Source: an uncultured Planctomycetota bacterium
GTDB lineage: Bacteria > Planctomycetota > UBA11346
Direction: 5' to 3'
NCBI GenBank assembly: GCA_963818245.1
Contig: CAWFSD010000055.1
Span: 657-64,656 of the forward strand
DNA length: 64,000 bases
In this document: piece after piece, positions 39,967 to 49,185 of the stretch
Layout: each line of letters begins with the position of its first letter
Position numbering within the stretch: the stretch's first letter is position 1
The notes under the pieces: generated by a model
Seen by the model: only the letters and a program-made list of their open reading frames with translations
Told to the model about the DNA's origin: nothing
The model's database searches: none
Translations under genes and position numbers: made by a program

Positions 39967-42054
39967 ATGGATCCGATGGCATTCCACCCCGGGGACCCGC
40001 TGCTCTTCTCCGTGCGCGCACCCGCGCCCGCCGGGCTGGCCGCGCGCGCGCGGCGCGGGTCGCCGGCGCGGCGCGGCTTCACGCTGTTCGAAGTCGCGAT
40101 CTCGCTGGGCCTGGTCTCGTTCGGCGTGATCTCGGTGATGCTGCTGTTCCCGATGGGCCTCAAGCAGCAGCAGGTCTCGCGCTTCAAGATCCTCGCCGCG
40201 GTGAAGGCGCTGGAGATGATCGACTCCTTCTCCGGGATCGACGAGTTCACGCGCTCCATGGACCCGGAGGCGCCCGAACCGTGGGAGAGCAACAACTACG
40301 CCTACTCCAGCACGCGCTTCGACCTCGAGACCCGCCTGTGCAACTGGCACAACGGCCTGCTGCCGGTGCCGGACCGCATCGCGCGGCGCCTCGACTCGGA
40401 CGGCGACGAGATCCGGCAGGTGCTCGACGAGGGCGGCCACCTCTACTACGCGCAGCCGATGGCGAACACCAACCTCGATGAGCGCTGGATGGCGCACACC
40501 CTGCCCAACGACGCGCTGCGGCTGGTCTGCGCCGTCACCGGCTACGCGCAGAACAACGCGTTGCCGAGCCTGCCGTGGAAGGAGTGGCCCTACCGGGCGC
40601 CCTACCCGTCGCCGCCGGTCGCGGCCTACCAGGACGACGCGTCGATGCAGAGCGCGCGCAACGCCCCGGTGAGCGCGCTGGGCAAGAACATGTACTCGCA
40701 CGAGTGGTGGTTCGGGGGGCACCCGGGGAGCGCGGCGCAGGTGAACCCGCCGCAGCCGGACCCGCTGCTGAGCAGGGTCTTCGCCTGCGCGGAAGGGCTC
40801 GCGGCCAATTCCGCGCAGAGCCGCAAGGACTACGTCGCGGCCGCCCTGGCCTACGGCGCGGGCACCTTCCTGACCAGCGTCGCCTACGACCTGCCGCAGC
40901 TGACCGCCGGCCACCACGACGAGTTCGCGACCTACTACACGCCGGACCAGGCCGACGACGGCGCCCGCCTCGACGCGCTCGGCAAGGAGTACGACCTGGC
41001 CTTCGCGGCCTTCTGCAGGTCGGCGGAGCTGGGGCCCGCCGACGCCCAGCTGGCCGACCGCATGCGGCGCCGCGCCGACGTGGCGCTGCGCGTGCAGTGC
41101 ATGCGCTTCCTCGCCCACGCGATGATGACGCTGTCGCGGTCGAACCAGATCCGCGATTACGACCAGGCCGACGCGCTGGTGCCGAGCAAGGACATCGGCG
41201 GCAGGAAGGTCACGCCCGGGCTGCTGCGCTACTACCACGAGCGCTGCCTGGCGATGGTCATGCGCTACGCGGCGACCCTGCCCTACGACTGGGGCGCGCC
41301 GCGGCCCCAGCAGCGCAGCATCATGATGGACCACCCGCTGCTCGAGTGGGACCTGTTCTCCGCGCCGCGCAGCGGCACGATCAGCGGGACGACGGTGCCG
41401 GCGGCGATGTGGCGCCCGCTCTCCGCGCAGCCGGTCTCCAACCTCGGCCCGGCCGCGAGCTACTCGGGGAGCTTCGACCAGGCGGGCGCCTACCAGGCGG
41501 ACGTGCCGCCCTTCCCCGAGTGGAGCGCGCCGGCGCCGAACGCCTTCTGGGGCGATCCGGCGCACTTCACGCTGACCAAGCCGTTCGCCGTGGCCGAGCG
41601 CTGCCGGCAGATCGTCTTCTGGGCGGCGGACTGGCAGAGCTACGAGGACGCGGAGACCGCGCCCAGCGCGCCGCTCGACGCGAGCCGGGCGCCGCTGAGG
41701 GCGCCGCGCGCGGGAGCGCAGCCGTTCGCCGACCGCTCGCTGGGCATCCGGTGGCAGTCGAAGGAGACCTACCACCTGCTGAACCCGGAGTACCACCTCG
41801 CCTTCACCCGCGACGTCAGCGCCCTGCCGACGGGCAGCGACGTCGCCGCCCTGACCATGTTCAACTCGCAGGCGGGCGAGCAGCTCGACGCGTCGCTGAA
41901 GAACGCGCGCTTCCTGAACGGCATGTACGGCGCCGACCGCAACTACAACGGCCGGCTCGACCGCGGGCCGCTCGCCAGCTCGGTGCGCATGCGCGCCATG
42001 CGCATCTCGCGGTTCAACTACTACGATCCCCGCCTTCCCACCTTCATGCGCTGA
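39967..42054 (+). CDS. Giant prepilin-type N-terminal cleavage/methylation domain protein (pseudopilin-like, ~695 aa)
   Basis: ARRGFTLFEVAISLGLVSFGVISVMLLFP is a class III (prepilin) signal with G|FTLxE. It is followed by ~650 aa of unrecognised, coding-like sequence in one frame. The start could be ATG 39967/39976 or an internal GTG. Confidence 0.8.
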   Translation: MDPMAFHPGDPLLFSVRAPAPAGLAARARRGSPARRGFTLFEVAISLGLVSFGVISVMLLFPMGLKQQQVSRFKILAAVKALEMIDSFSGIDEFTRSMDPEAPEPWESNNYAYSSTRFDLETRLCNWHNGLLPVPDRIARRLDSDGDEIRQVLDEGGHLYYAQPMANTNLDERWMAHTLPNDALRLVCAVTGYAQNNALPSLPWKEWPYRAPYPSPPVAAYQDDASMQSARNAPVSALGKNMYSHEWWFGGHPGSAAQVNPPQPDPLLSRVFACAEGLAANSAQSRKDYVAAALAYGAGTFLTSVAYDLPQLTAGHHDEFATYYTPDQADDGARLDALGKEYDLAFAAFCRSAELGPADAQLADRMRRRADVALRVQCMRFLAHAMMTLSRSNQIRDYDQADALVPSKDIGGRKVTPGLLRYYHERCLAMVMRYAATLPYDWGAPRPQQRSIMMDHPLLEWDLFSAPRSGTISGTTVPAAMWRPLSAQPVSNLGPAASYSGSFDQAGAYQADVPPFPEWSAPAPNAFWGDPAHFTLTKPFAVAERCRQIVFWAADWQSYEDAETAPSAPLDASRAPLRAPRAGAQPFADRSLGIRWQSKETYHLLNPEYHLAFTRDVSALPTGSDVAALTMFNSQAGEQLDASLKNARFLNGMYGADRNYNGRLDRGPLASSVRMRAMRISRFNYYDPRLPTFMR

Positions 42055-42061
42055 GGACACC

Positions 42062-43256
42062 ATGACGACGACGCACCAACGGGTTCACGCTGGTCGAGCT
42101 GCTGGTCTCGATCGCGCTCGGTACCTTGATCGTGTCCGTGGCGGCGGCCGGCGCGTCGGTCGCCGCCCGCGCGATCACCGCCAGCAACGCCATGGCGCTG
42201 GAGAACTCACTGCTGCGCGCGGCGGTGCTGCAGGGCTGCGACGAAGTCGACTTCTGGACCATGGTCGACGACCCCGCGGACGACCACGCCCAGGCCCTGC
42301 GCGCCACCGCCGCCAGCGGCGGCGGGCTGCCGTTCAGCGCCTTCGCGCCGGGCGGATTCGCGGCCGCGCCGATCGCGCCGGCCTTCGCGCGCCCGGGGCC
42401 GGAGCGCGCGTGCGCCTGGGACGGCAGCCCGATGGCCTGGTCGGCCGAGGATCCGCGCACCTGGTGCCGGGCGAACCTGATCGAGACCGACGGGTCCGAC
42501 CAGCGCTTCGGCGATTACTCGCTGCTCGCCTTCGACCGCCCCCAGGACAGCGCGCCGCCGTACGACCCGTCGCGCTGCCGCAGCTGGTACGACAACCAGG
42601 TCGAAGGCCTGCTCAACACGCTGGGCTTCTACGGGGCGCTCGAGTACCTGCCGTCGAATGCCTTCCTGATGTACCACGGCGCGCCCCCGGACACCGCGAA
42701 CCCGTCCGGCGTGAACGTCGGCAAGGTCCCCCGGGCGCTGCTCGAGGGGAACACCTGGCTGGGCGTGAAGTTCCAGGCGTTCTCGTGCGGGCGGTTCCGC
42801 GCCACGGACTCCATGGTGATCCCGCTGGCGAACCCGGCCGCGGGGCTGCTGCCGGAGTTCGGGGGGACCCAGGACCCGTTCCGCGTCGGGTGGCGCGTGG
42901 GGTACGGCGGCGCCTACCTGCCCGACAGCCTGAGCGAGTCCAACCGCTTCCACCGCGCGACCGGGTTCGTCCACCAGCTGATGCCCGCGCACCCCGGCAC
43001 CTGGCCGGACGTCACCGTCAAGGTCGAGCGCTTCATCCGCCAGTCGCGGGCGGTGGCGATCTGCATCATCGAGGTGGCCAACCCGCTGACCGGGGAGCGG
43101 ACCACGCTGCCGTTCTCGACGCGGGGCACCACGCTGCGCGGCGCGCGCCTGCAGCGCGGCACGGCCGGCGGCTGGTCGACCTACGACAACCGCGCGGACC
43201 CGGCGCACCCGATCGTCGGCGCCTCGCTGGACTGCCCGGTCGACGCGGCGTATTGA
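42062..43256 (+). CDS. Prepilin-type N-terminal domain protein (pseudopilin-like), frameshifted within the first 8 codons
   Basis: ATG 42062 is in one frame. The motif RRRTNGFTLVELLVSIALGTLIVSVAAAG is in the next frame, which is closed upstream by the TGA overlapping that ATG. Removing one base after the ATG gives MRRRTNGFTLVELLV. The body is ORF 42126..43256. Confidence 0.7.
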
Positions 43257-43264
43257 GGCCCCCC

Positions 43265-44333
43265 ATGTCCCGCACGCCCACCCGCGCCGGCAGCATCCTG
43301 ATCATCGTCGCGGGGCTCTCCGCGCTGCTCGCCGGCATGTCGCTGGTGTTCCTGGCGCGCAACCGCTCCGACGCGCAGGAGTCGGTCGCCTTCGAGCAGG
43401 AGGCGCAGGCGCGCATCATGCTGGTCGCCGCGTGCTCCTACGTCCAGGAGGCGTCGCGCATCGGCTGGGACGCGCTCGCGAACCACTCGTCCGTGCACTC
43501 CGAGGGCTACGGGTGGATCGACGTGCGCGATGGCGCGCTGGGGCCCAAGCCGTACTCCGAGGCGCCCACCGACCGCGCCGCGGGCGGCACCATCCCCGCC
43601 ACCCCCTACCCCGTCGACGCGCAGAAGCCCGATCAGGACGCGCACGACCAGGAGAACCGGCGCCTGGCCGCGGGCGTGCCGGTCGGGGTGGCGACGCGCT
43701 TCCCGATGTACGTGATGAAGCGCCCGCCCTACGCCATCCAGAACCGACGCCGCCTACAACCCCATCGAGCAGGACCCCGCCTCGCCCGGCTACCTCGCGT
43801 CCTACCTGCGCTACCCGGATCCCCAGCCGGTGACCGGCAACGGCTGGCGCCGGGATCCGGCCGATCCGGCCGGGTCGGTCGATGGGGCGCGCTTCTCCGA
43901 ATGGGAGGCCGGGGACCGGGCCCCGCGCGAGGCCTCCCTCGGCCTGGCGTGGTTCCGCCTGCTGCGCGAACCCGGCGGCGCCACCTTCCTGGTGACCTGC
44001 GGCGCCGGTGCCACCATGGGCTACCGCACCTGGGCCGAGGTCCAGGCGGACCCCGACCCGACCGGCCGCTCGCTGTTCCAGTCGGCGGAGCTCTTCGCCG
44101 CCATCAGCCAGGACGAGGTGCGCCTGTGGTACCGCATCGAGTGGAGCCCCGCGATCATGGCGATCGACACCCACCTCGCCTGGCACCACGGCGGCGCGTT
44201 CGACCACTACGAGCAGTTCCCCCTCGACATGAGCGTGCGCACCAGCGACCCCTGGGGCCAGCTGGTGCACCACAACCTGGGCGGCACCATCCCGCTGATC
44301 CAGCGCCTGCGCTACGAGCCCGCCAACTGGTGA
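43265..44333 (+). CDS. GspK/PilX-like minor pseudopilin candidate, one frameshift near 43741-43746
   Basis: N-terminus MSRTPTRAGSILIIVAGLSALLAGMSLVFLARNRSDAQ (GspK-like, uncleaved hydrophobic N-terminus) in the 42062..45148 frame up to ..RPPYAIQ. It then continues as DAAYNPIEQDPASPGYL..WRRDPADPAG.. in the frame of ORF 43830..44333, ending ..IQRLRYEPANW. Confidence 0.6.
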
Positions 44334-44467
44334 GGCGCGGGCGCGCGCAGCACCTCACCCACCACCTCGGACGGGATGCGGATGACGGTGCCGCTGCGGC
44401 CCTTGGCGCCCATGATGCGGCCGACGGCGCCCGCCCCGGGCCCCGTCCCATCCCAGCGAGCCAGACC

Positions 44468-45148
44468 ATGAGCACCTCCCACGCGTGCCGCTTCCTGATC
44501 CTCCTCCTCGCCCTGGCCGCCGCGCCGCTGCAGGCCGCCGACCAGCCCGCGCCCAAGCGCGAAGGCATCGAGTGGCTCGACGTGTGGGTGACCTCCGGGA
44601 ACAAGCCGGCGGCGGCGCCCAGGGTACTGCTCATCGGCGACTCCATCACGCGCGCCTACTACGGCGACGCGGCGAAGGCCATGGGGGACAAGGTGGTGTG
44701 CGACCGCCTCGCGACCTCCGCTTCGCTCGGCGATCCGCTCCTGCTGCTGCAGGTCGAGCTGGTGCTGCGCCAGTACCGCTACGACGTGGTGCACGTGAAC
44801 AACGGCATGCACGGCTTCGACTACAGCGAGAGCGAGTACGGCGCGGCCATCCGCCCGCTGCTCAAGGTCGTGCAGCAGGGCGCGCCGCAGGCGCGGATCA
44901 TCTGGGCCACCACCACGCCGACCGCCGGCGGCGCGCAGGACAAGAACCCGCGCATCGTCGAGCGCAACCGCCTGGTGCGGACGGCGCTCATGGGGACCGC
45001 GGTGGCCATCGACGACCTGCACGCGGTCATCGCCGCCGACCCGACGATGATCTCCAAGGACGGCGTGCACATGAACCCCAACGGCTCCGCGGCGCTCGGC
45101 GAGCAGGTGGCGCGGGCGGTGGCCGCGGCGCTGGCCGGCGGGAAGTGA
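44468..45148 (+). CDS. SGNH/GDSL-family hydrolase, secreted
   Basis: Signal peptide MSTSHACRFLILLLALAAAPLQA. Block I VLLIGDSITRAYY. Also VHVNNGMHG, IWATTTP, and the C-terminal block V-like segment (KDGVHMNPNG). Confidence 0.85.
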   Translation: MSTSHACRFLILLLALAAAPLQAADQPAPKREGIEWLDVWVTSGNKPAAAPRVLLIGDSITRAYYGDAAKAMGDKVVCDRLATSASLGDPLLLLQVELVLRQYRYDVVHVNNGMHGFDYSESEYGAAIRPLLKVVQQGAPQARIIWATTTPTAGGAQDKNPRIVERNRLVRTALMGTAVAIDDLHAVIAADPTMISKDGVHMNPNGSAALGEQVARAVAAALAGGK

Positions 45149-45229
45149 GGCGCCGCGGCGGGCGCGGCGGCCCGCCGCTGGCGGCCCGCGCCCGGTGCGG
45201 GGCGGGCGGGTGCGCGCGCGGCGAACTGG

Positions 45230-45266
45230 TTGACAAGGAAACTTCTCGGTCTAGTTTCCTCGTCAA
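45230..45266. promoter_or_regulatory. Candidate MarR operator: inverted repeat TTGACAAGGAAACT-N9-AGTTTCCTCGTCAA
   Basis: 14-bp arms match at 13/14 positions and end 2 nt before the marR-like ATG at 45269. It is AT-richer than its surroundings. TTGACA also resembles a -35 box. Confidence 0.5.
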
Positions 45267-45268
45267 CC

Positions 45269-45739
45269 ATGACGCGGACACCCAGGACGCCGTACGCCGG
45301 CCCCCTCGAAGCCCACCTCGGCTTCTGGCTGCGCTCCGTCAGCAACCACGTCTCCGGCGCCTTCCGCCAGAAGCTCGCCGCGCACGGGGTGTCGGTCGCC
45401 GAGTGGGCCCTGGTGCGCGAACTGGCCGAGCGCGGGGCCGTCCCGCCGAGCCGGCTGGCGGCGCACCTGGGCATGACGCGCGGGGGCATCACCAAGGTCG
45501 CCGACAAGCTGGTCGCGCGCGGGCTGGTCGCGCGCACCCCGGACCCCGGGGACCTGCGCGGCCAGCTGCTCGCCCTGTCCGCCAGCGGGCGGCGGCTGGT
45601 GCCGGTGCTGTCCGCCCTGGCCGACCTGAACGAACGCGAGTTCTTCGGTCACCTGCCGCCAAGGCAGGTGGCGACGATGACCGCCTTCCTGCGCGAGCTG
45701 GTCGCGCACCACGGCCTGCACGGCGTCCCCCTCGAATAG
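45269..45739 (+). CDS. MarR family transcriptional regulator
   Basis: LGFWLRSVSNHVSGAFRQKLAAHGVSVAEWALVRELAERGAVPPSRLAAHLGMTRGGITKVADKLVARGLVARTPDPGDLRGQLLALSASGRRL is a MarR winged-helix pattern. Confidence 0.9.
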   Translation: MTRTPRTPYAGPLEAHLGFWLRSVSNHVSGAFRQKLAAHGVSVAEWALVRELAERGAVPPSRLAAHLGMTRGGITKVADKLVARGLVARTPDPGDLRGQLLALSASGRRLVPVLSALADLNEREFFGHLPPRQVATMTAFLRELVAHHGLHGVPLE

Positions 45740-45774
45740 CCCCGCACCACCCACCACCATCAGGCCCCGCCCGC

Positions 45775-46230
45775 ATGGACCGCACCACCACCGGCGTCAT
45801 CGACGCCTGCACCGCCAGCTCGGACGCGGAGCAGGCCACCTTCCCACAGATCATCGGCCGGCTCCTGGGCGTCGGCGTCGAACGCTACCACGCCGACCTG
45901 TGCCGTTTCGAGAAGACCTACTTCCTGCCCTCGGGCGAGTCGCACGTCACCCCGTGCGAGCGCCTCGCGGGTGCGGCGGCGCCCACCTTCGTGGCGGCGC
46001 AGGTCGAAGCCGCGATCCGCGCCAGCCAGGCGCAGCGGATCGGGTACCGCGAGTTCTGCCGCCTCGTCCTGGCCGCGGGCTGCGTCGGCTACCACGTGTC
46101 GCTGGTCGGGCGGCGCGCGGTGTATTACGGCCGCACCGGAGACCTGCACGTCGAGCACTTCCCCACGGCGCAGCCGCAGGGACAGTCCGGCAGCGGCAGC
46201 CACTCCCCGGCCGCAGGAGGCCCCCCATGA
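45775..46230 (+). CDS. DUF1398 domain-containing protein
   Basis: TFPQIIGRLLGVGVERYHADLCRFEKTYFLPSGES...IGYREFCRLVLAAGCVGYHVSLVGRRAVYYGRTGDLHVEHFP matches my recollection of the DUF1398 (YbcV-like) pattern. Its stop overlaps the next start (ATGA at 46227-46230). Confidence 0.75.
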   Translation: MDRTTTGVIDACTASSDAEQATFPQIIGRLLGVGVERYHADLCRFEKTYFLPSGESHVTPCERLAGAAAPTFVAAQVEAAIRASQAQRIGYREFCRLVLAAGCVGYHVSLVGRRAVYYGRTGDLHVEHFPTAQPQGQSGSGSHSPAAGGPP

Positions 46231-46820
46231 CCCCGCGCGACTCCCTGCTGCCCCTCGCCCTGTGCCTGTCCCTGGCCGCCACCGCCCAGGCGGAGCAGCT
46301 GGTGCTGTTCGACGAGGTCTTCACCTTCGCGCAGCAGGACGCGGTGCCGACGCAGGGGCACCTCAAGATCCCGGCGGAGCGCTTCGCGAAGGACACGCCG
46401 AAGGACTGGACGCAGCCGATCGACTACCGCCACGGCACCGTGCACATCCGCTTCGAGGTGCTCGAGAAGCCCAGCGACGCGCCGGTGTTCTGGAGCGTCT
46501 GCTACATCCCCAACAAGGGCCAGAAGAACAACTACGGCTGCGCCGGCACGCCGACCTACACCAGGCCCGGCGTCTACGAGAAGGACGAGTCGATGACCGG
46601 CTTCTGGGAGAACGACTCGATCGTGTGGACGGAGGGCGTGAAGATGATGACCCTGGTGATGAAGGCCGGCAAGGCGGCCGGCGACAACCACGCGAGCGCG
46701 CAGCCGGATCTGGGCAAGTTCTTCCCGACCAAGGTGCACGTCACCATCGTGCAGGTGTCGAAGGGGGCGATGTACGACGCCAGCACGGTGCCGGGATCGC
46801 AGGGGGCGGCGGGGAAATAG
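46227..46820 (+). CDS. Hypothetical secreted protein (197 aa)
   Basis: Signal peptide MTPRDSLLPLALCLSLAATAQA. Coding-like body (IDYRHGTVHIRFEVLEKPSDAPVFWSVCYIPNKGQKNNYGCAGTPTYTRPGVYEKDE). It is translationally coupled to the DUF1398 gene. Confidence 0.7.
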   Translation: MTPRDSLLPLALCLSLAATAQAEQLVLFDEVFTFAQQDAVPTQGHLKIPAERFAKDTPKDWTQPIDYRHGTVHIRFEVLEKPSDAPVFWSVCYIPNKGQKNNYGCAGTPTYTRPGVYEKDESMTGFWENDSIVWTEGVKMMTLVMKAGKAAGDNHASAQPDLGKFFPTKVHVTIVQVSKGAMYDASTVPGSQGAAGK

Positions 46821-46876
46821 GAACTTTTAGCGCGGGGGAGGGCTCCCGCCGCGTGCCTGGGCGGGTTGCACTGAGT

Positions 46877-46978
46877 GGTCGAGCTGGCGCTCGACCCTCC
46901 CGGCGGTCTGGCACCATGTACACGGGTGCATCCTGTTCCGACTGGCAGTCGCCGGGAGGGTCGAGCGCCAGCTCGACC
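46877..46978. repeat. REP inverted doublet (REPIN)
   Basis: GGTCGAGCTGGCGCTCGACCctcccgg at 46877, and ccgggagGGTCGAGCGCCAGCTCGACC ending at 46978. It lies between convergent genes. Confidence 0.85.
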
Positions 46979-47034
46979 ATCATCGCATTCCGCGATCTTG
47001 GAAATGCTGAGGGGTCGAGGACGCGCGCTCCGCC

Positions 47035-47748
47035 TCACTTCAGCTTGTAGTACTTCACGTCGTCGATGGTGACCTGGTTCGACACCAGCAGGCGCAGGAC
47101 CTGCTTGGTCTCGTGCGCGATGCCGGGCGAGCTGAAGCTTCCGGCGACCTTGCCGTCGACCGCGGCGGTCATGGTGTCGCCGATGATGGTGACGCTCAGC
47201 GCGTGCCACGTGCCCACGCCGAGGTCGTCGTACGGGAAGGACTTCTGCTTGGTCCTGATCAGGGCCTCGTCCTCCGCGCTGAGCTTGCCGCCCTTCTGGC
47301 GGCCCTCCCAGTACTTGAGCAGCATGCCGCCGGTCTTCATGTCCTGCAGGTTGACCTTCTTCGCCCCGAAGGTCGCGGCGCAGATGTGGCCGGCGTGCAC
47401 CTCCTTGCAGGAGAGGTCGGCGAAGTTCAGCATGAGCGTGTCCTTCGCCTCGTGGAACTTGAAGCGCATGGTCGCGGTGCCGTCGGTGAAGGCGAAGGCG
47501 TGGCCGACGTCGACCGGGTGGATGGCCTCGGGGTGGATGTAGATGTGCAGCGCGCCGCCCTCCAGGGCGACCTCCTTGTTGCCCTTCGCGCTCCACGAGC
47601 TGCTGGTGTTCCAGCCGTTGCCGGGCTCGTCCTTCACCGACTGGGTCTCGGTGCGCGCGAAGTCATCGGCGAAGACCAGGGTGCCGAGGTTCTCTTCGGC
47701 CGTGAGCGGCGCGACCGAGCACAGGGCGAGCAGGAGCAGGGTGCGCAT
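47035..47748 (-). CDS. DUF1080 (3-keto-disaccharide hydrolase-like, LamG fold) domain protein, secreted
   Basis: Signal peptide MRTLLLLALCSVAPLTA. VFADDFARTE..GNGWNTSSSWSAKGNKEVALEGGALHI .. WHALSVTIIGDTMTAAVDGKVAGSFSSPGIAHETK..VTIDDVKYYKLK. Confidence 0.8.
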   Translation of the reverse strand: MRTLLLLALCSVAPLTAEENLGTLVFADDFARTETQSVKDEPGNGWNTSSSWSAKGNKEVALEGGALHIYIHPEAIHPVDVGHAFAFTDGTATMRFKFHEAKDTLMLNFADLSCKEVHAGHICAATFGAKKVNLQDMKTGGMLLKYWEGRQKGGKLSAEDEALIRTKQKSFPYDDLGVGTWHALSVTIIGDTMTAAVDGKVAGSFSSPGIAHETKQVLRLLVSNQVTIDDVKYYKLK

Positions 47749-47981
47749 GGGGCGGGCCTCGACCGGGGTACGGAGACGGATGGACGGATCGTCCGTGCTG
47801 CGTGATACCCTGGAAACGACCGGCCGTTGCCGTGGCGGAGCCGGGGAAACGGAACCCGGGCCACGGCGTAGTACCAGGCGGATCCGTGGGCGGCGCCCGC
47901 GGCTCCGCCCGGTCGACCCCTTCATTCGTTGACGCCACGCCCGCGGGCGCCTCTACTCGGCGTCCCCCTTCAGGAGCAGCG

Positions 47982-49121
47982 ATGTCCCCGAGACTCATCC
48001 TGGCGAGCATGCTCGCCCTCGCTTCGACGGCCTTCTGCGCGGATGCCCCGCCGGCGCCGAAGAAGGACAACGGACCGCCGACGCGCCCCTTCGACATGCC
48101 CGGCGCGCCGACCTTCACGCGCCTGGACGGCAAGCCGGGCGCCAACCCGCCGGTCGACGTCGACGGCGATTTCCTGATCGGCCCCGAGTACGTCCAGGCG
48201 CCCGAGTACAAGGTCGTCGACGGTGTCCCGCAGGGCAAGGTGCAGCAGTTCACGCTGAATTCGAAGGACGGCACCATGCTGAACCCGGGCATCGCCCGGA
48301 ACGTGTTCGGCACGGTCGACCCCAAGAACCCCAAGACCCTCATCGTCGAGACCCACCCGATCGACTACACGCGCACCATCACCGTGTACGTGCCGGCGCA
48401 GTACGTGCCGGGCACCGCCGCGCCGTTCATCGTCACCCACGATGGCCCCGGCATGGGCCACCCGGACATGGGCCTGGCGCACGTGCTCGACAACCTGATC
48501 GCGCAGAAGCGCGTGCCGGCGCAGATCGCGATCATGGTCAGCAACGGCGGCGGCGACGCCCAGGGCCACGAGCGCGGTCGCGAGTACGACACCATGTCGG
48601 GCCTGTACGCCGAGTACATCGAGACCCAAGTGCTGCCGCGCGTCGAGAAGGAGTACGGCGTCACCCTGACCAAGGACCCCGAGGGCCGCGCGACGCTGGG
48701 CACCAGCTCCGGCGGTTCGGCCGCGCTGATCATGGCCTGGTACCACCCGGAGCTGTACCACCGCGTGCTGACCTTCTCCGGCACCTTCGTGAACCAGCAG
48801 TGGCCGTTCGACCCCGCGACGCCCGACGGCGCCTGGGACTTCCACGAGAAGCTCATCCCGGAGAGCCCGGTGAAGCCCATCCGCCTGTTCATGGCGGTCG
48901 GCGACCACGACCTGCTGAATCCCAACGTCATGCGCGACGGCATGCACGACTGGGTCGAGGCCAACAACCGCATGGCCAAGGTGCTGAAGGCGAAGGGCTA
49001 CCACTACCAGTACCTGTTCTGCCTGAAGGTCGGGCACGGGCTCGGGCCCGCGCACGGGCAGATCCTGCCGCACGCGCTGGAGTGGCTGTGGCAGGGGTAC
49101 GTGCCGGCGAAGGCGCCGTGA
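47982..49121 (+). CDS. Secreted esterase, alpha/beta hydrolase (enterochelin-esterase-like 'putative esterase' family)
   Basis: Signal peptide MSPRLILASMLALASTAFCA. An N-terminal Ig-like part, then ITVYVPAQYVPGTAAPFIVTHDG, the nucleophile elbow ATLGTSSGGSAALIMAW, and late D/H motifs (VGDHD, KVGHG). Confidence 0.85.
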   Translation: MSPRLILASMLALASTAFCADAPPAPKKDNGPPTRPFDMPGAPTFTRLDGKPGANPPVDVDGDFLIGPEYVQAPEYKVVDGVPQGKVQQFTLNSKDGTMLNPGIARNVFGTVDPKNPKTLIVETHPIDYTRTITVYVPAQYVPGTAAPFIVTHDGPGMGHPDMGLAHVLDNLIAQKRVPAQIAIMVSNGGGDAQGHERGREYDTMSGLYAEYIETQVLPRVEKEYGVTLTKDPEGRATLGTSSGGSAALIMAWYHPELYHRVLTFSGTFVNQQWPFDPATPDGAWDFHEKLIPESPVKPIRLFMAVGDHDLLNPNVMRDGMHDWVEANNRMAKVLKAKGYHYQYLFCLKVGHGLGPAHGQILPHALEWLWQGYVPAKAP

Positions 49122-49185
49122 GGGCTGGAATTCCCGATACGATCGGAGCGGACTGAGCGGGAGTCCTGGATGTGCGACGCGTGCC

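Noticed and set aside
42062-45148. The 1028-aa ORF that looks like one giant protein.
   Set aside because: It is a composite. It contains the ATG of pseudopilin 2, an out-of-frame stretch, the first 160 codons of the GspK-like gene (43265..), another out-of-frame stretch, and then the genuine SGNH hydrolase (44468..45148), all sharing one frame by chance.
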